From Candidatus Poribacteria bacterium (GTDB lineage Bacteria > Poribacteria > WGA-4E > WGA-3G): DNA of 64,000 bases. Below, in pieces: positions 58,524 through 64,000 of the stretch. Position 1 is the first letter of the stretch; the number at the start of each line of letters is the position of its first letter. The position numbers and the translations under genes were made by a program. The notes under the pieces were generated by a model that was given only the letters and a program-made list of their open reading frames with translations, was not told where the DNA came from and searched no databases. Location: contig OZ246958.1 in NCBI GenBank assembly GCA_965232115.1, forward strand, positions 960,076 through 1,024,075, in the 5' to 3' direction.

Positions 58524-59064
58524 CCTAGGGCTGTTTAGTTTTAAGAATTTATCGAGCCGCGTGTCTGTTTTACTGAGCCAGCGAAGTTAGGAAACCTCGC
58601 CTACCGGGTGGGAAGGTCAAAAAAGCCTGAAAAATATTCACAGATATAACGTAAATATATAAACTAAACGACCCCGGACCTAAACCTTTTCAAACACACG
58701 TTAATATCTAAGAATTATACTAAATTTTCGCATTTTAGTCAAGTAGGACTTAACCTTCAATCAGGGCTATTTAGTTTTAAGAGATAAGTTTACTTATGTG
58801 GAGGAGATATCTTGATGGATGCCCGAATTTATTCGGGATAGCACACTTTCCCGAACAAGTTCGGGCTTCCGGACGTAAATTATTGGAAAACTGAATGACC
58901 CTGAACCTTCAATCAGGGCTATTTAGTTTTAAGGTTTTTGTCCAGTTTATCCGAAAAGTCGGGATTAGGAAATAATCAATGGTATGAATGCCTTAATGGC
59001 ATTCCCCGTCCTACAGCGGATCTGCGGAAATGGAAACTCTAAAATTTTGGAAAACTAAATGACC
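58524..59064. repeat. Cluster of MITE-like family-B repeats (full copies 58772-58903 and 58913-59064; solo left terminal inverted repeat at 58524)
   Basis: CAGGGCTATTTAGTTTTAAG and TTGGAAAACTAAATGACCCTR terminal inverted repeats recur. The region also contains a family-A hairpin motif at 58571-58610. Confidence 0.5.
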
Positions 59065-59174
59065 CTAGTTAAATGTCTCAATATAGATTTGCAAGCTGCG
59101 AGAAAAAATGGTATAATTCCGTCATTGATACATTCAATCATGCCCACTATAAGAGGGCTGTCAAGGAGAAGGAC

Positions 59175-59459
59175 ATGGAAACTATCACATATACCCAAGT
59201 TCAGCAGTTAGTCGAAAAACTTCCAGAAACCAAGTTGGTGGTCGCGTATCATTTATTGCTTGAGTTGGTTGGAAAAGAGGCGGAACCTCAGTCCCCACAA
59301 GCGGAATTCATAAAACTTTCTGCAGAAGAACAGCAAATACTTCTCTCGCAGCAAGCGGAACAGATGAAAATACATTATGAACAGACAACCGATGAACGTA
59401 CCGAATGGCAGGCAGGAGATTTCATTGATGAGCGTGAGAGGTGTCGCCTCAAGCGATGA
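59175..59459 (+). CDS. Hypothetical protein (94 aa)
   Basis: AAGGAG is upstream of ATG (METITYTQVQQLVEKL...). No domain is recognised. Confidence 0.35.
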   Translation: METITYTQVQQLVEKLPETKLVVAYHLLLELVGKEAEPQSPQAEFIKLSAEEQQILLSQQAEQMKIHYEQTTDERTEWQAGDFIDERERCRLKR

Positions 59460-59517
59460 GAACGATTGTTGTGGCAATTGCAGCAGTGGTTCAATACTGA
59501 ACTAAGAGCGTAATACC

Positions 59518-60768
59518 TTGGAGATTACTTTGAATATTGAAACATTAAAAGGAAAAACAGTGGGTGCCGCTGTTTCGGGCGGTTTGGATAGTTGTACTAT
59601 CACCAAGTGGTTGGTCGATAACGGCGTTAAAGTCGTCTGCTTTACGGCAGATCTCGGACAACCTGATGAACGAGACGTATCTGAAATTAAAGAACGGATG
59701 TTGGCATGCGGTGCCGAAGACGCTATTATTGTAGATGCGAAGGACGCGCTTGCAGAAGACGGTATTCGCCTCGTCCAGTGCCAAGCGATGTATGAAGGCG
59801 GTTATTGGAATACAACAGGTATCGCACGGCATGTCACGGTGAAAGCTCTCCTGCCGGAGATGGAGAAACGCGATATTTCCATTTTAACGCACGGTGCAAC
59901 CGGTAGAGGCAACGACCAGGTTAGATTTCAACTCGCTACTAATATGCTGAATCCACGTTTTGAGGTATACGCGCCGTGGCGGGATCCTGAATTTCTCAAA
60001 AATTTCGGTGGTAGGAAAGAGATGATAGACTTCTGCCAAGCACACAACCTCCCGATTACCGCCACACACGAAAAACCTTATTCGACCGATGCGAATCTCC
60101 TCGGATTGACGCATGAAGCTGGGCGACTCGAATCCCTGAAAACCGCTGCAGGATTTATTAGTCCGGGTATGGGCGTGCATCCGAAAGACGCCCCTGACGA
60201 TGTAGAGCATTTTACTGTTACGTTTGCGCGGGGAATACCTGTTGAGGTTAACGGAAGCCCCGTCACACCGCTCCAGAGTCTACTGGAGGCGAATCGTATC
60301 GGCGGTCGAAATGGTGTCGGTATCGGCATCCATACCGTTGAAAATCGGTTTGTCGGGATTAAAAGCCGCGGGGTCTATGAGTCTCCAGGGATGGAATTGC
60401 TTGGAAAGTGTTATGAATATCTACTCCAACTGATTTTCGACAGACGGGCGCGCCGACACTTTGATGGCGTTGCGGCTACAATCGCTGAGCAGGTCTATCA
60501 AGGCTATTGGTTCGATGCTGCTACACAGGCGCTGTTGGCTTCTATTGCGCCGCTAACCCAATTGGCGAGTGGAACTATCACAGTAGCACTTTATAAAGGG
60601 AATGTTGCGTTCCATGCCGCAGGTGGTGCGCCACATTCACTCTATTCTGAGGAGACGGCATCTATGGAAGCGGTTGGTGACTTCGACCATGCGGATTCAG
60701 AGGGATTCCTGTCGGTACTCGGTGTAGGGGCGCGGGCATCGGCTGTTGCTGGACATACGCAGGAGTAA
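59518..60768 (+). CDS. argG: Argininosuccinate synthase
   Basis: It has AVSGGLDS (PP-loop) and the type-I ArgG core. Confidence 0.9.
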   Translation: MEITLNIETLKGKTVGAAVSGGLDSCTITKWLVDNGVKVVCFTADLGQPDERDVSEIKERMLACGAEDAIIVDAKDALAEDGIRLVQCQAMYEGGYWNTTGIARHVTVKALLPEMEKRDISILTHGATGRGNDQVRFQLATNMLNPRFEVYAPWRDPEFLKNFGGRKEMIDFCQAHNLPITATHEKPYSTDANLLGLTHEAGRLESLKTAAGFISPGMGVHPKDAPDDVEHFTVTFARGIPVEVNGSPVTPLQSLLEANRIGGRNGVGIGIHTVENRFVGIKSRGVYESPGMELLGKCYEYLLQLIFDRRARRHFDGVAATIAEQVYQGYWFDAATQALLASIAPLTQLASGTITVALYKGNVAFHAAGGAPHSLYSEETASMEAVGDFDHADSEGFLSVLGVGARASAVAGHTQE

Positions 60769-60828
60769 AAAGAATGGAAGGTGGCAACGGCGGAAAAGTG
60801 AAGTATTGAAGAAGGGAAGGAAGGGTTC

Positions 60829-61821
60829 TTAAGGTACTTCAATCTTCGCAAACACTTGTGCAATAATGCTCTCAACATCACGACCATCCGCTTCCGCTTC
60901 GTAACTGATAATCACCCGATGCCTTAGCACATCCATGCCGACGGCGTGAATATCTTCAGGGGTAACGTAGCCGCGTTGGGAGAGGAACGCTCGCGCCCTC
61001 GCAGCAAATGCCAAAAAGATGGTCGCACGCGGCGATGCGCCGTATTCAATCAAGCTGCTAAGTTCATCTAATTGATAAGCTTCGGGTGTCCGCGTCGCAC
61101 ACACCAGATCGACGATATAGTTCTCCAACTGTTCAGCCATATAGATACTGCGGACGATTTCTCGGAATCGGATAATATCTTTCGGGGAAATCACTTGCTG
61201 AATTGCTGAGATTTCTTCAGTTGTCATCCGTCGGAGGATTTGCAATTCTTCTGCGTGCGAAGGATAGTCAACTTTAATCTTTAGCATAAACCGATCCACC
61301 TGTGCTTCTGGAAGTGGATAGGTGCCTTCATGTTCAATTGGGTTCTGGGTTGCCAGAACAAGGAATGGGTCATCAAGTGGATAGGTCGTTCCACCGATTG
61401 TAACTTGCCGTTCCTGCATCGCTTCGAGGAGCGCGCTTTGGACTTTGGCAGGGGCGCGGTTTATCTCGTCTGCGAGGATGACGTTGGCGAAAATAGGTCC
61501 CTTTTTCGTGTAGAAATCACCCTTCTGTTGGTCGTAGATGAGTGTGCCGATGAGGTCTGCGGGGAGTAGGTCGGGCGTGAATTGTAGGCGGTTGAAGGAA
61601 GCGGCAATCGTTTGCGCGAGCGCGCTCACGGCGGTTGTCTTTGCCAGTCCAGGTACGCCTTCAAGCAGAATATGTCCATTGCAGAGCAGCCCGATGAGCA
61701 ATCCTTCCAATAACTCGCTTTGCCCGACGATAACTTTTCCCGACTCTGTGAGGATCTGCTGTATGTGCCCACTGTCCGCTTGGATGCGGGCATTCATCGC
61801 TTCTAAATCGTAATTTTGCAT
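60829..61821 (-). CDS. MoxR-family AAA+ ATPase
   Basis: It has Walker A (GVPGLAKT), Walker B (ILADEINRAPAKVQSALLEAMQERQVTI) and ...LVLATQNP. Confidence 0.85.
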   Translation of the reverse strand: MQNYDLEAMNARIQADSGHIQQILTESGKVIVGQSELLEGLLIGLLCNGHILLEGVPGLAKTTAVSALAQTIAASFNRLQFTPDLLPADLIGTLIYDQQKGDFYTKKGPIFANVILADEINRAPAKVQSALLEAMQERQVTIGGTTYPLDDPFLVLATQNPIEHEGTYPLPEAQVDRFMLKIKVDYPSHAEELQILRRMTTEEISAIQQVISPKDIIRFREIVRSIYMAEQLENYIVDLVCATRTPEAYQLDELSSLIEYGASPRATIFLAFAARARAFLSQRGYVTPEDIHAVGMDVLRHRVIISYEAEADGRDVESIIAQVFAKIEVP

Positions 61822-61940
61822 ATTAGATGGCTGTCAGCAGTCGGCTTTCAGCGGTCAGTAAGAAACCCTTATGGTAGGCGCAAGCGTTTTCAATTACCAC
61901 AAGTGAGTGGCTGAAGCCGATGACTGATTGCTAACCGGAA

Positions 61941-63335
61941 TTAAAAGAAAGCTTGCGTTTCGCCTTCCTGGAAGGACTGCTCAAGCCATGGATCCTCGGT
62001 TTTCTGTCTGAAGTCGATGACCTTTTGGCGCATTTCGTTGGCGATGTCTTGTAACGCTGGCACGTCAATAAGATTTTGTGATTCTGCTGGATCGTTTTCT
62101 ATGTCAAAGAGTGCCTCGCGCCCTTGGTGTAGAAAGTCTGTCCGCTGTCGTTCACCGAGTTGTTGGACGTTATCGTTCCGAACGGCTGTCCATGAGATAG
62201 ATCGGAACAGGTCACTGGGGAGCGGTGTCTCTAATTGATACGCCAGATTCCGGACGTACTTATACCGTCGACCGCGCAACACGCGATAGGGATAGTAGTT
62301 GGTCACCTCGTGGAAGCAATGAGAAAAATAGGTTTCTTCCCATTCACCGTTCCCTGGATGCGCGCTGTCATCTTCGAGGATGGAGAGAATAGACCTGCCC
62401 GGGAGTGCGTCCGTGCCATCGGGATGCTCGACACCGCACCACTCTAACATCGTTGGACAGAAATCGACCCAATTGACGAGTGCTTGGTTGTGGAAGCCGC
62501 GTTTTTGTTGTGTAGGGCTGGCGATAAGCAGTGGGCAGTGGTGTCCGCTGTCAAAGCTCGATGCTTTCGCGCCCGGAAACGGCATGGCGTGATCTGTTGT
62601 GACGAAAACGAGGGTTTCGTCTGCGCGTCCAGAAGCGTCCAGGGCATCTAATACCCCTCCCACTACAGCATCCCATCGTGAAACGCTTTCGTAATAGTCA
62701 GCGAGGTCTTCACGGACTGCTGGGACATCTGGCAGGAAATTCGGCACGATTATTTCGTCCGGGCTATAGGGGTCGGATTCAATACCGGCATGTGTCCGGT
62801 CATTTCCGAAGCCTTTGCCTGCTCGGTGTGGATAGCTGCTACCGATGTGGAGATAGAACGGTTTGTCGGCGTTCTCAGCGAGAAAGTCATTTACCTTCGC
62901 TGCCATATCTACAGGGCTTCTCGCGTCGACCCTCGGCTCATAATCAAACGGATAGACTGTGGCGGGTTCGACGTGTTTCTTTCCGATACACGCTGTAGCA
63001 AATCCGTGTGCTTTCAGGATTTTCGGCACTGATGTGATATGTTCATGCGTGCGGAAGCCATGAATGCCGTGGCAGTGTCCGTATTGTCCATGTGTGTGGC
63101 TGTGTTGTCCTGTGAGAATGCAGGCGCGACTCACAGCACAAGATGGACTTGTACAGAATGCATGGTCAAACACGACACCGCGTTCGGCGAAGGCATCAAT
63201 GTTGGGTGTACGAATAATATCGTTTCCGTAGCATTTTGCGATGCGGCTCCAGTCGTCCGCGATAACGAACATGACGCTTTTGTAGGAATTGTTCATGGTT
63301 CTCCTAAATAAATATTTTTTTTTACTGCACCTCAC
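61941..63335 (-). CDS. Sulfatase (arylsulfatase family)
   Basis: The N-terminal motif CAVSRACILTG is a C-x-x-S-R variant of the sulfatase C-x-P-x-R signature. Metal ligands (DHG..., ...GKKH) are present. Confidence 0.8.
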   Translation of the reverse strand: MRCSKKKYLFRRTMNNSYKSVMFVIADDWSRIAKCYGNDIIRTPNIDAFAERGVVFDHAFCTSPSCAVSRACILTGQHSHTHGQYGHCHGIHGFRTHEHITSVPKILKAHGFATACIGKKHVEPATVYPFDYEPRVDARSPVDMAAKVNDFLAENADKPFYLHIGSSYPHRAGKGFGNDRTHAGIESDPYSPDEIIVPNFLPDVPAVREDLADYYESVSRWDAVVGGVLDALDASGRADETLVFVTTDHAMPFPGAKASSFDSGHHCPLLIASPTQQKRGFHNQALVNWVDFCPTMLEWCGVEHPDGTDALPGRSILSILEDDSAHPGNGEWEETYFSHCFHEVTNYYPYRVLRGRRYKYVRNLAYQLETPLPSDLFRSISWTAVRNDNVQQLGERQRTDFLHQGREALFDIENDPAESQNLIDVPALQDIANEMRQKVIDFRQKTEDPWLEQSFQEGETQAFF

Positions 63336-63375
63336 GGCGTTACAAGCGTTTTTATGGGTAAGAGATAACCCACTC

Positions 63376-64000
63376 TTACACCAAACCGCCCCGTTTCCTT
63401 AGAAACCACTCGAAACCAAGTAGGGCGATGACCAACCCGAAAATTAGGGGCATATCCCAAATATCTACATCCGTAATCTTTGACGTTGCACTCTCGACGA
63501 GTGGAATCCGATTGGCAAGTTGCGATGCTTCTTCGGGACTGTAGTATGCCCCACCGCTACCTTCAGCGAGTGTTTTGAGAAGCTCGACGTTGAGTTCGGC
63601 GTTGCTGAATTCGGCGTAGGAGGTCTTTACCTCAAACAGACTCTGTTGTTCTCCGAGGTTTTCACCATCAAGGGTACCGGTAGCAGTGACAGTGTATTCG
63701 CCGTACCGATTCGGAATAAAACGCGCTGTATAAAACCCGTCTTTACCGAGGACCTGCTCAAGTTTCAGTTCCCGTCGTTTTCCCGTTTCATCAACCACAA
63801 CCGCTCGGAGTTTTGCGTTGTTTGTGGGTTCAAACTGCGGATCTGTAGCGGTAACCTCAATTATCACGGGTTCTTTCAGGGAATAGGCGGTTTTTGCAAT
63901 ATCGAGTCTAATATGTTCCTTGGGTGCGGTTGTCAACCACTTGGCGACCTGTCGCCAGAACCGTTCATAACTATCGTCTTCGTGCGGTGTATGCATCCGC
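63376..64000 (-). CDS. C-terminal part of a membrane-anchored protein (3'-partial in window; N-terminus beyond 64000)
   Basis: The reading frame is open to the window edge. A C-terminal TM segment (IWDMPLIFGLVIALLGFEWFLRKR) is present. Its function is unknown. Confidence 0.35.
   Translation of the reverse strand, partial: RMHTPHEDDSYERFWRQVAKWLTTAPKEHIRLDIAKTAYSLKEPVIIEVTATDPQFEPTNNAKLRAVVVDETGKRRELKLEQVLGKDGFYTARFIPNRYGEYTVTATGTLDGENLGEQQSLFEVKTSYAEFSNAELNVELLKTLAEGSGGAYYSPEEASQLANRIPLVESATSKITDVDIWDMPLIFGLVIALLGFEWFLRKRGGLV

Overview
This is 64 kb of bacterial chromosome at about 50% GC, probably from an uncultivated lineage. The backbone carries an 11-gene complex I operon (nuoA-B-C-D-H-I-J-K-L-M-N, with no nuoEFG in the window) that has lineage-specific insertions in NuoL and NuoI. 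It also carries three phytanoyl-CoA dioxygenase (PhyH) family oxygenases, two enolase-superfamily enzymes, a sulfatase and a formylglycine-generating-enzyme (FGE)-like protein, and purF/purM/argG. An outer-membrane transport locus (TonB, two tandem TonB-dependent receptors, two tandem DUF5916/CBM9-like proteins) and two tRNAs (Glu-CUC, Gln-CUG) are also present.

Between roughly 21.4 and 35.6 kb the backbone is interrupted by an accessory island of defense type. In order, the island contains:
- a promoter-driven HKD(PLD)-nuclease::SNF2-helicase fusion (1134 aa);
- a MazE/MazF-like toxin-antitoxin pair;
- a 1082-aa gamma-class N6-adenine methyltransferase of the MmeI/PglX type;
- an IS3-family insertion sequence whose orfA carries an in-frame TAG;
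- an AT-rich, tightly coupled three-gene operon with no recognisable domains, which together with the IS is bracketed by a diverged direct repeat of the methyltransferase 3' end;
- a Schlafen/AlbA_2-like ATPase and a DprA/SLOG-like protein.

Intergenic DNA holds two MITE-like repeat families with terminal inverted repeats and a dispersed hairpin motif with compensatory stem substitutions. A perfect 11-bp inverted repeat lies inside the nuo operon, between nuoC and nuoD. No rRNA genes or CRISPR arrays are visible. All family calls rest on by-eye motif recognition; no database search was possible.
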